In this document: positions 48,075-59,408 of the stretch, in pieces
Numbering within the stretch: position 1 is the first letter of the stretch
Layout: each line of letters opens with the position of its first letter
DNA from: Dipteris shenzhenensis
Lineage: Eukaryota
DNA: 64,000 nucleotides
Assembly: GCA_047967505.1 (NCBI GenBank)
Contig: CM106538.1
Strand: one strand, 5' to 3'
Notes under the pieces: model-generated
Seen by the model: the letters and a program-made list of their open reading frames with translations, nothing else
Told to the model about the DNA's origin: nothing
Databases searched by the model: none
Translations under genes and position numbers: made by a program

Positions 48075-51000
48075 GCTCCTCCCCTCCCTCGTCGGCTCCC
48101 CTCCCTCGCCTCCTCTCCGCACCTTCGCCATCTCCTTCCCTCCTTCTCTCCTCTCCCCTTCTTTCCTCCGCTCCCTCCTCTTCTGCCGCCTCGCCACTTC
48201 TTCCACCTCCTCGCCTTCTCGTCCACTCTCCTCTTTTGCCTTCCGCCGTCCCCCCTCGCCTTCCTTGCCCTCTTCCTTCTTCCACCTCCTTCCTTGCCCT
48301 CTCCCTCCTTCACCCAGCCTGTCCTTGTTCTCCTCGCCTTGTCTTCGCCTCCCCCTGTGACGTCCTTCTTCCTCCCTGCAGCGGGAGCATTTGTGCTTGT
48401 TAAGGCGAAATAAAACCTTGGTGGTGACCCTTGGTTTGGCCAGAGGGGCTCTATGGCAGCACCCTCGAATCCCACAACTGTTAAGGTTCTTCTTTCCCTA
48501 GGTGACAAGCAATAGGTATAGCAAGCAGTTCAGTCCCTCTAAGACAAGGTGATTGTGGGCAGAATTGTGGGCTTCACGACTTAACGGAGACAGGTGCGAG
48601 AGTGGATCAAGGCGAGCTTGGCATTAGAGGGTGATCATATCCAGGAGGTCACCATCTATGGAAGAGGCGTATTCCTCATCCAGTTGAGCTCCCCCGACAT
48701 TGCCTCGACACTCGTGGAGCAGAGCCCCATCCTCCTTGGCCCACATCTAGTGTACCTCTTTTCTTGGTATCATGGCTTTACAGTGGAGGACATGGACACG
48801 ACACACCATGTTCCCTGTTTTTCGGTGACGCGCCGCTTCTTAGGGCTCCCAAGGGAGTATCGCGCCATCCTTCCCTCCATTGGTCGGGCATTTGGCACCG
48901 TGCTCGGGTCTTTGCCGGAGTCGGCTGTCTCAGTTGTAGCAGATGACAGGGTCTCCAGGATCAGATTGGTGGTTGATAGCCCATAGTCCCTCCTAGAGTG
49001 GATCCTCCTAGAGACCCTCGAAGGAGGCACACTTCGTCAGCGAGTGGAGATTTCTGGGTTACGTGGCGAGTGTCTTCTGTGTAGATAGATGGGTCGCCTA
49101 GCTAGAGATTGCCCCTGTGGCCATGGCCAAGCGCCTCCCCCCCAACCCCCGCAAAGCAGGTAGAGTCAGCAAGCCAGAGCCCAGCACCCCCTCAGATAGG
49201 AGCAACAAGAGTCTCAGACCCCCTGGGTGACCCCCTCAGAAGGGGACTGGACCCAGGTTAAAGAGGAAAAGAAACCAAGCAAACAGGCTCGTAAGCGCCG
49301 CAGGTAGAGGGCCAGACGCAAAGAGAGAGACAAGGTTGATCGCGAGGCACCTGAGGAGGAGCAGCAACAGAAGCCCTTACAGGGAGATCCACCTCCCTCA
49401 GTAGAAGGGGCCATCGTCTAGCCAGATGATCCTCCTGTGTTGGAGGTTCAACGTTTACATTCACCCTTGCATCAGTAGCAAGCCCTAGGAGCTCCTGAGG
49501 CGATGGCGGACGTTAGCCAGGCAGTGGTTGAGGAGGAGCAGATCCAGATCCCCGATGAGCCTGATCAGCAGGGGGGCCTGTGGTCGCCCCTATTCCCCTC
49601 CCTCCCCATCTCCCTCCAGATCCCTCCCCCTCCCCCTCCCCCTCCCCTCCCTGGCCCCTCTTGCTATGATCACTCTCACCCCCCCCCCCCCCCCCCCCCT
49701 TTCCTTCGACTCCCTCCCTCCTCTCTTCCCCGTCCCCCCCTCTGCACCTCCGTAGCCTCCCTCCCCTCCCTCGCTTCGACACCCCTGCCTGTAGGCAAGG
49801 GTAAGACGACGTCCCCTTCTGCTTCCTCATCGCAGCATCATGTCCATTCGGGGAGGGAGCCAGAGGGACGGGGCTCGTCCCCCCTGTCAGCAGCTTCCAA
49901 CCTCCAGCCTAGGCATCCCTTACCACGAGGTTGGGACCCTGGAATTATATGGAGATTTCGGACTCTTATCCTTATTGCTGGAGGTAATGCTTATGGTCCT
50001 GCAGCCCGGAAGGGGGGTTTGATAAGTGCAGTGGGCTCTCAGACACACCCCGTTTGGAGATTCCAATTTGCCTCCACAAGGTTGGAGAAGTGGTCCCCAG
50101 AAGTGTTTGATGCTATTATGGGAGATCACATTTCACGCATGATGGACGAGTGGATGCGGTCACAGGGACTGGACCTTTGGCACGCTCGTGGTGTCGAGGT
50201 GAATTTTCAGATGAGCTTAACGCGAGAGGAGCCGATGTGTGGTTTGGTGGTAGGAGTTATTAGATTGCCGTTGGAGGCAAAGGTGGATTAGGCATACTAC
50301 TGGCCCCTTTAGTGCTAGCCTTCATCATGGCTGAGTCTGCCCTTCACCTCCGAAGTGCCGACAGAAACTCAGTACGAAGACTTTGTATAAATGGATGCTC
50401 AAGTACGTGTGGGTGTGTGGATTTGTATGTGTGAGAGCATTTTTTTATACTATGGTCTACACCCACTGTTGGGCGCTGATGACGTCAGTGGGGATGTCAT
50501 AGTAGCTAGTCCTTGCTATGCATGATGGAGTTTATGGTTTTCAACCTTGTGAGTGACTATCATGAGATTGAAATTGCACTATGTTGTGTTTTTAGAGGAT
50601 GAGTTTGGGAATGTTTCTGGATTCATCTAGGTATATACTACTGGCCCCTCCAGAAGTGTGTGGAGTTGTTCGGGGTGGAAGTCTCCTTCACGATGAAGTG
50701 GGCATGGAAGATCGGCATTGAGCCGGTATCCACCCTAGCACGTCGTCGCACAGACACGGACTATTCGCCCTCCCAACCCCCGGCAAAGTCACATAAGGCA
50801 GTCTTTCTGGAACATTCACCCACCCATAGGAGAGCCTTGTTTTTTGCACCACCGTCATGAGCTGGACCATATTGACTTGGAACGTGCATGGGCTCCACGA
50901 TCGGGCTCGTAGCCAACCGCAGTACCTGGTACTCCGGCAGGAGTTGCAGAGGGCAGTGGTAGGGCAGACACATCCTGTTGATTCAGCAACACATGTTTTC

Positions 51001-54000
51001 AGCATCAGACATCATAAGGCGACACCACCTTCTCCAGGGAGAGGTTCGGAGGAGTGGTCCCCCTGCAGTAGGACGGAGTGGAGGGGTCTGCATCGATCTC
51101 ACAGACTTTGGCTCCAGAGGTCTACGATTAGGGCGAGCTTATCCCAGGACGGGTAGTTTGGATGGGAGTTAGGACGGGAGAGTCCAGGATTGGGATCTTG
51201 AACGTGTATGTCCTAGCGTGCAGATAGCACCATTGGCCTTTTGGAGGCGGCTGTCAAAGTGTCTTTCGGATGTAGAAACCCTGATTGTTGGAGGGGACTC
51301 CAACAACTTGGAGTTTGGGGAATACAAGCAGGGCCGCCCCGCCTCCTCTGAGATGCCAGCAGCAAAGCGTAGCACCTAGGAGCAGTTCATTTTCATGATC
51401 AGTGGGCAGAGTCCCGTGGCGAGAGCCAGATTTCAGGAGGATACTTGGGAGCCTCCTCTTCTTCTTCGGACAAATGAGACATGATGGATTGCTTGAGAGA
51501 CTAGACCGTTTTTATGTTGGGGACTGGGCATTGCACAGAGACGGCTCTACCGGGATTTTGGTAGGTACCACGATGTCAGACCACTCTCCAGTAGTACTTC
51601 ACTTAGATCAGCCCCGTCGAGGTCTCCCACAAAAGGGGGTCCGCATTCAAGAGGATCTGCAAGGAGATCCAGCAGGTCATGGCAGGGATTTGGGAGCAGT
51701 TAGAGACGACACCGTGTGAGGGGTGGCCGATGCGATCCAGAGGAGCAGTGAGGAGTTGCAGGCTCATGCCACTAGGCAGAGGACTCTTCAGGAGCACGAG
51801 CAGGCTTTGAGGAGAGACCTCGCCTCCATAGAGCGGCTCAGGGAGCAGGACCCAAGTTCTCAGTGGCTTAGTGACAGGTTCCAGAGTGCTCACCTTGAGC
51901 TTCAGGACACGGAGATTCAGCGGGCTGAGGTCATCACTCTTCCTGGGCCCGGTGGGTACAATAGGGGGATAGGATGATAAAGCAGTTTTTTCAGACCACT
52001 GGGCTCCGATCAGTAGGCACACAGCTGCAACGTCTCTGAGATCCGCAAGGCATCACGTACACTGACCCGGAGGGGATTTTAGACTTGACCATAGGTTTTT
52101 GCAGCCAGCTCTTTCAGATGGAGAGGATGAATCCAGTTGGTCTTGTGGCCCGAGAGGTAGTTTGGGATCACGTTTCGATAGTAGTCTCGCAGGATTTATG
52201 CAGTAGACTTGAGGAGCCTTTCACAGATGAGGAGCTCTGGGAAGCCCTCAAGGCTCTCCCGATGCAGAAGTGTCTTGGCGAGGATGGCTTGACTCTTCCG
52301 GAACTTCTGGGAGATTATCTCCACTTCTTTTCGATTAGCTTGCCAAGAGATATTTGACACAGGCTCCCTCCCTCAGTCCTTAGAGTAGGGGGTGGATTTG
52401 TTTGATTTCGAAAGGGGGGAGATAGGTCAAATATCCAACAGAGGAGACCGATCACTCTGCTTGATACTGCATACAAGATTCTCGCCAAGGTCTTGAGCTT
52501 GCAGTTATGGCCCCATCTTACTAACATCATCCATGACACGTAGACCGGGTTCGTCCAGGAGCGCAGCATCCTGGACAACATCACATTCTGTGAGGCAGTG
52601 GATTGGTCCAGGGAGGAGTCACAGTCGCTGGCCGTCCTCTTGGATTTTGAGAAGGCCTATGATAGGGTGGAGTGGTCCTTCCTGGAGGGTACTATGCGGA
52701 GATTGGGTTTCTCAGACATATGGGTCAAAGGAGTTTCTGCGCTTTATGCGGGGAGCTCTAGTCAGATGCTTATTGGAGGACACACTGGTGAGGCCTTCCC
52801 TCTCTCTCGTTCAGTCCGCCAGGGTTGCTCACTCGCTCCCTTCCTCTTCTTGTTCGTGGCGGAGGCTTTGGGCTATTACTTGAGATCACAGGTGGCGGGC
52901 CTCACAAGGTTGAGGCTTCCAATCAAACAAGAGGAGGACCTGCTTGACTAGGAGTTTGCGGATAACACGGCCTTGTATGTTGAGGGCACCATAGCGAGTT
53001 TGGAGAGAGTCAGGGGTGCCCTGGCTATTTACTGCGAGGCCTCGGGTGCACGGATCAACTGGACAAAATCCATAGGTTTCTTTATAGGCTATGAGGAGAC
53101 ACAGGAGATTCGTGAGTGGGGGAGTGACTTCAGCTTTAGATGGATACTGCGGGCCCAAACAGCGAGATACCTTGTATGCCAGGTTGGTATTGACATTATG
53201 ATAGAGTGATCTCTGATCTTTGGGTGCCACATAAGGGGCTGACGCTTAAACTCCTCTCTGCATCTGGGCGGAGCACGAATAAGACCCCCTGCTAGTCTCT
53301 GCCAGACCTTGTGGAGGCTCCTCATCAAGGGGGAACCCTTCCTCGTAAGGGTGGCCTTTGAGAAGATCCATTTGTGTGAAAGTTGCCACTGTTCTCTAGT
53401 GTGTGGGGTGTTCCTTAGAAGCAAGAGGAGCTTCCAAGGTTCTGCACTTGGGGTGAGGCTGCGAACAACCAACTTGCCTAGGAGGGCTTTGCTCTGCATC
53501 TCCGGATCAATGATACCCAAGCCTCCCAGGGCCTGCAACATGATCACCGTCTGCCAAGCGACTCGGGCTCTAGTGTTCCTCGTGCCGTCCGAACCTGTGC
53601 CCAAAGGAAGTTTCGAACCAACCATCGGAGATGCCCAATGCATCCTTTGTGAAAGCACCAGCAAAAGGCGATATACCAGGCTGTGGCAAGAAGGACCTAG
53701 TTTGCCACTAAGGCATGACCTGCTAGGGAGAGTTTGGCCGAGCTCCAGTAGAGAAGCTTGCGTCGAACACTCTCAAGGACCGGGGCGATCTTCTATGCTC
53801 GGACAGTGGACTCTCATTGGTTGGGCACAGTGGGACAGTGGTCTAGCCGGGTCTTTTGGTAGATGGAGCAGATTACCCATGGAGGCAGATGCGAGGTTTG
53901 ACGCCGTAGCGCATCTGCGAGGGGCAAGGCAACGGATGAGAGAGATTGACCTAGCCATTCCGGAGTCCTGGTGGGAGGGACTTTGAGTATGGAGGGACAT

Positions 54001-54290
54001 CAAATGGTTGGGGCAGTTTTCTCGGACTGGTGTCCCCTTGAGGATGATGATGCAGGGAGGTAGCACGCACCCCAGCTTCTTCCGTGTAGGCCGTGGAGGC
54101 CTTCAGCCACTCACTGAGAGAGACCCTAAGATGGATGGGACTCTTGATGGGATTCACTGGCAGATAATCAGAGTGGTGAGATGTTTGGGGAAGGAGTGGC
54201 ACATTGACCCTCCCAGTATCTCAGAGCAGGATGCCCCTAGATGGTGCCTTTGGCTATGGGAGGGTAGACCCTTGAGGGAGGTTCAATGGC
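48075..54290 (+). mobile_element. Near-full-length degraded L1 (CT-rich 5' UTR, ORF1, EN, RT with internal inversion); 3' end missing
   Basis: ORF1 from ~48452 with a degenerate knuckle; ORF2 MSWTILTWNVHGL at 50857; RLDRFYV, SDHSPV, LDFEKAYDRVEW, QGCSLAPFLF. Confidence 0.92.
50309..50634. mobile_element. 326-bp insertion with a 15-bp target-site duplication inside L1 ORF1
   Basis: ATACTACTGGCCCCT at 50294-50308 and 50635-50649; removing the insert and one copy restores the ORF1 frame. Confidence 0.8.
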
Positions 54291-55174
54291 CGAGTCTAAA
54301 TCCCAACCAAATGCTGCTAGAGCTGGTTGAAGTAGTTGGGGTGAGTCCTGGATGACAAAAATAAATAAAATCTGAGCAAGCTCCCCAAAAAACGGTTGAA
54401 AAATGCTCAAAATTGACTGCAAGCTGTTCGTGCAGATTTTTGACAGCGTCGCGTAGTTGTCTGTACGGCCGTACAGTTGTACGAACAGGTCGTTCGACAA
54501 ATCTTTCAGGATGTTTTTTGATCGTGAAGCTGAGGCGCCTGTCCTAGGACTGATTTGGAGCATAAATGGCAAGGAAGTGAAGCTGAAATCACCAAATAAA
54601 GGCTGCTGGCAGGTAACCGGACTGTGCTGGAGCAAGTGGCAGCATATGGCACATAAGAGAATGCACGGGGTGAGGCACCATGAGCAATGAGAGGCTCTGA
54701 TACCACTGTTGGGTGTGGGAAGTAGTGGAAGAGAAGAGAAATGCAATGGAGCAGACAACAGGATGAAGGAACTGAGTGTACTTGCAAATCGATAATGACA
54801 ACAAGATGAAGGAATTGAGTGTACTTGCATAGCCTCTCGTACAGCCTGCTGACCAACTCCGTGCAGCTGCTTACATCATCTTCCAAGTCATGGCCCTGTT
54901 TCTGGATGGATTCCTTGCGCAATCAAGCTCCCTCCAGTCGTTGGCAGACACGCGGCAATTCCGTGCTAGATTTTCCTTCCACTCCTCTCTTTGTGCTGCC
55001 CATGTGGCAGCTCCATGATTTGTTGTTTTGCTGTGAGCATGCTGCCCACATGGTAAAGGTGCTCCCACATGTGGTAGCCAAGGTGCTGGCCATGTGGTAG
55101 CCACATCACCACGTGTTCCCCCCCCCATGCTGTCCTCATATGAGGGCTTATAGGTAACCATACCACTTCCAACA
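54291..55174 (-). mobile_element. Copia-type 5' LTR (54707-55174), tRNA-iMet PBS and leader
   Basis: GCTCTGATACCA at 54694-54705 next to TGTTGGG...CCAACA; the first ~100 bp resemble the LTR at 46686. Confidence 0.8.
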
Positions 55175-55740
55175 GCTTTCCGGTTGTGGAGCCGGCATAG
55201 TGCAGCTTGCACATTCTGAGAGTGAACAAGATGGATGTGGTGCGTGGGTAGAGAAGACATATCAGGTGGTGCTTGGATCGGGTTGTTGTAGAGCGGGGTT
55301 GTGTACAGTCTGCCTCATGCCCGGATCTATGATGGGGAAGGATGGCTTGCCTTTAGAAAGAAGCCCCCATGCAATAGTGGGATCCCCTCCTTGAAAAGTT
55401 TTGACAATCTCATACATCCTATATGAGATCTTACGGCATGTCAAGCAATGCAAAATCTGCTGTGCCATAACCGTCGCAAGGTCCTGTAAAGCCCGCTCAC
55501 GCATGAGGTGAGATCTTCTCTCTCTGCACTCATCATCAAACCATGGGTTCTAGGACATCTTCCTAGCTAGGGGACATGCTGCAAATTGTATCCTGGGGAA
55601 AGACTTGGCAGCGGCACCTGAATCATTAATACGAGGTGAGGTTTGCATCATCTCCAATAGAGGTTGGTAGCTCATGGGACAAGTGGCTCATATAAACTGC
55701 ATCAAGGGCGCTGTCACAGTGTATCCGAACATGGGTGGGC
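55175..55740 (-). mobile_element. Degraded non-L1 LINE fragment (region upstream of RT)
   Basis: The - strand reads NPWFDDECRERR...VQAALCRLHNRKA, motifs typical of the EN-RT linker in RTE/L2/CR1-like LINEs. Confidence 0.6.
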
Positions 55741-55757
55741 TCCAGCGTGTCCCATCT

Positions 55758-55772
55758 TGTGTGTGTGTGTGC

Positions 55773-55818
<46 letters not shown>
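55758..55818. repeat. (TG)n and (AG)n microsatellites
   Basis: Seen directly. Confidence 0.95.
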
Positions 55819-55822
<4 letters not shown>

Positions 55823-57474
55823 TAGAGTCTGTGAAAGATGAGGGTATCTATGAGATAGAAAAATCTAATACCGTGAGCTTAATGGGTGGAGCCTCTAAGC
55901 AGGTATTTGCATTCAAGACAAGTAGACAATAACATAAAACACTAGTACAAGGTGTGTGAGCCCATGGAGAGGATGGGAGCTGTGGTATGGCGTCATTGTG
56001 ATGTTCCTCTTTATGGCGTCTTGAAGAACCAAGTCTCCGTGAGGCTCTGGTGGTGTATCGGGCTGCCGCAGCAAAACTCCATGATAGAACGGTGATGTTG
56101 GTCGGTAAGTGTGGTCCGTTGTGGTCTCCTAGTTGTGGCTCTGCGTTGTACAAGTGGCACTGTCACACGCGTTAGCCATGCCTCTGGTCTGGTGTCACAC
56201 GCGTTGGCCATGTTTGATCTGTGCATTGACATGTTGACGGGTCTATCATATCTCTCACTCCGGGCCTTTGCTACGTCGTCTCTCTAGGGCATGCTGGTTT
56301 GGTGCCATTTGACTGGAAAAACTCATTGATCACACTCTGGGTGGAATCTAGCTGAGCACCCTGATCTCGTCAATGTTCCCTGAGCAGCCGATCTTTGTGT
56401 CATACGTCCTTATAAATGAAACTTCTTAAACATGGGTGAGACAAGAGGCTGGAGAGGCGTTTGAACCCGTCCTTGAAAAGACAGCGGATCGCATAATACA
56501 CAAGGCTTCTGAAAGCAAAATGCTCCTTTTGACTCTGGGAAGAAAGAGAGAATGCTCAGATGTACAGCCAAAAGAATACATAAATAGTGCTGTATGGTGC
56601 ACCACCTGCTGCAGACTCCTCTGAAACTGCCACCTGCCTCTAGAATAGGCTTCAGTAGATCATGGGAGCTCTGCTATGTACTGTCCTGTGCATGCCCAGA
56701 TACTTTCTAACAGAGTGTCAATGCACACTTTGGAAGGCCCAAGATAAACTCCAAAGGCCCTGCAGACTGAAGATGTGTGACTGACAGCAGCCATTACTGG
56801 TGGTAATCCCACGTTCAAAGCAGTAGTGGCCCAAAAAGATGAGCTTGTCAACCATTGTGTAGACTTTCCGAGACCTAGCAAGCCGAGCTAGATTGATTTA
56901 ATAAGGGCTGACAGGCTGACCCAATCATTGATGAGTTCAGGGGGCATTATCAGGTTAGCCTAGAGCTTCCTGGTGGAAGGATGTAACAGGAGTGATCTGG
57001 CCAGTCTATAAAGGTTCAAGCCATCATTCAGCAGCTAATGGTGTTGCAAGTTAGTCCGCTAGCAGGAAAGAGGGTGCAGCTATCTGCAGTTAGTAGACGA
57101 ATCTTTGTTCTATGCAGGCATGGCGCTTTACATCGAACCTGCTTTTGTGTTTGTTTGCCCTTGCTATGCTGTACACAGTGTTCTCCTTTATCTGGGGCTT
57201 GATGTTGATCGGTAGATGACTAGATTGTGGAAGTTTTGACATGGATAATTTATGTTATGACTCCATAAAACTTGTCTTATTTTGTGGACTGTAGCTACTT
57301 TGACAAGGTTTTGTTTGTTAATCAGTTCATTGAACTTGCCTTATTTCTTGTAGTTAGGTAAATGGACTTAGACTATGATAGGTTGTCGTTTTCAAATTCA
57401 AGGTCAGGCTGTATGAACATTGACAGTCTATAGTTTCTGATCTGCTGAATGAGAGGATGATTTTGGAATTGCAG

Positions 57475-57765
57475 ATTGTCAATAGAGATTTATCCATTGC
57501 AGTACTAAGGGCGTTTCTTGCTAAACGTCAAGAGAAGCACACAAATAGAAGAGGCAAGAAGGCAAGTCGAACTGAGAGCCTCCAAAACCTTGAAGCTGTG
57601 CAATTTCAAGATGCAGAATTAATTAATGCCACTGCATTCGATGCAAATCATTTAGAGACTGCATGCAATGCTGTGAAGGACAGAAGATTGGAACAGATTG
57701 AAGTAATTGAGTCCAATAGCTCAGATATAAACGATGCACCAACCAAACCCCTGCATATTCTGGAG
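57475..57765 (+). CDS. TRM1: TRM1 exon 2
   Basis: tgcAG|IVNRDLSIAVLRAF...PLHILE|GTATG. It completes the Q-x-x-NRDLS motif in phase with exon 1 and includes a basic stretch (KRQEKHTNRRGKK). Confidence 0.93.
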
Positions 57766-58132
57766 GTATGCTGTCAACTAAAGCAATGCTGGAAAAGAGC
57801 ATCCAAATGTTTGATATTTTGAGAGGGAACAAATCATTGCGTGGATAAAACGTGAGTACAACATCCTCAATGTATGCATCAAGATGCTAGATGGCTCCTC
57901 CAGCCATGTGTTGATTTCAAGTCTGTTGGGTGGCATTAATGAATATGCTCTGAGCTGAAACAACTCTTTGAATAAGAACATCATAATTTTATGCATGAAG
58001 ATGCTAGATGGCTCCTCCAGTCACGTGCTGATTTGAACCCTGTTGAGTTGCATTAATGAAGATCAGAAGCTCTGTATATGAATATCGCCGAAACAAAATA
58101 TTTTATGAGATTTTTACTCTATGTTTCTGCAG

Positions 58133-58220
58133 GCCTTGGCAGCTTCAGGCTTGCGTGCCCTACGCTATGCACGTGAAGTTGAAGGGGTGGGGTCAGTGGT
58201 AGCTTTGGACAATGACAAAG
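58133..58220 (+). CDS. TRM1: TRM1 exon 3
   Basis: ttctgcAG|ALAASGLRALRYAREVEGVGSVVALDNDK+G|GT; SAM-binding motif; phase 1. Confidence 0.95.
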
Positions 58221-58299
58221 GTGTGGCTTTTTGTTTGCTGTTGATCTTCCGGTCTTGAATGGATAATGATTAGACATCGCGGGCTGTGCTGGATCTCAG

Positions 58300-58421
58300 T
58301 TGCTGTTGACGCCTGCAAACGGAACATAAAGTTGAATGGTGCAGCTGCTGCCTCGAAAGTTAGAGCTGAACTGGCTGATGCAAGAGTCTATATGCTGACA
58401 CATGAAAAGGAGTTTGATATG
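58300..58421 (+). CDS. TRM1: TRM1 exon 4 (next exon, expected to begin VDLDPYG, is outside the window)
   Basis: ctcAG|TT completes Val, then AVDACKRNIKLNG...ADARVYMLTHEKEFDM|GTCAG. Confidence 0.93.
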
Positions 58422-59110
58422 GTCAGCTTCAGATCGTTCTTTTCTTCCTATAGTTAATTATACTTTGAGCAAAAGCAATCATTTTTAGGGAGGATTAGCC
58501 TAGCTAATCTTGTCACTTGCATCCTAGTTGCATGGATGCCTGTGACAACAGTTTTTTCCCAGTTCAAACACTCTGTTTCACTGTCATATGTTTTGTTCAG
58601 TCAATATGTCCTGCCATAGGAGACTTATGCATCTCCTCTATTATGAGCTCCTTGAAAAAGTAGACGAGTAAGAAATATTCTGTTTTGAACCAAAGTATCC
58701 CTTCTTTTAACATGTAGGCTAGATATATCTGGATGAACCTGCGACTTATGATGAGCTCCTTGAAAAAGGATTCGGGTAACAAATATCGTGTTTTAACCAA
58801 ACTAGCCTTCTTTTACATGTAGGCTAGATATATACCTGAGAACCTGTCAGAGAACCTCAACATGTACCAGTAGCTCTGCTATAGAGCGCTTCAGCCCGGG
58901 TTCTGTTTATTGGGTGGTGCCCCCGCTTCTACCACGAACAGTTTTCAACATTCTTTTCTCCCTCCAAGCGGTTCGATGTTTTTGGCGTCCTCAGTTTGCT
59001 CCCTTGGGTTCAGTTCTACTTCATGCTGGAGGAAAGCTAGTCAAAACTTGTCACGCTGGAGGAAAACTAGGCCCCGCTACTTTGCAGGTGTTCGGGACAA
59101 GCCCCGGCTG

Positions 59111-59408
59111 CATTGCCCCAGCTCCATGGGAGTAGCTATGGGCTTACAATCCTGCATGTTGAATCTGTCCAAGAGTTTCTGCACATACTTGGATTGAGAC
59201 ATATTGATGCCACTTTTCTCTTGAGTGAACTGGATCCCCAAATAAAAGTGTAGCAGCCCCAAATCTGACATGTCAAAAGTGGTCTGCAATTCCGCTTTAA
59301 AATCTGCAATATTATCTTCATTTGACCCTGTGAGCAGTAAGTCATCTACATAAAGAATGATGACTAAAATATCCCCCCCATCCTTCTTAATGTAGAGGGT
59401 GCTTTCAG
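59111..59408 (-). mobile_element. Copia RT continuation (beyond the Gypsy C insertion), truncated
   Basis: STLYIKK...ILYVDDLLLTG...FDMSDLGLLHFYLGI...SQSKYV...ATPME. Confidence 0.92.

Noticed and set aside
47979-48508. Several overlapping Arg/Gly- or Pro/Leu-rich ORFs
   Set aside because: Artefacts of the CT-rich L1 5' UTR.
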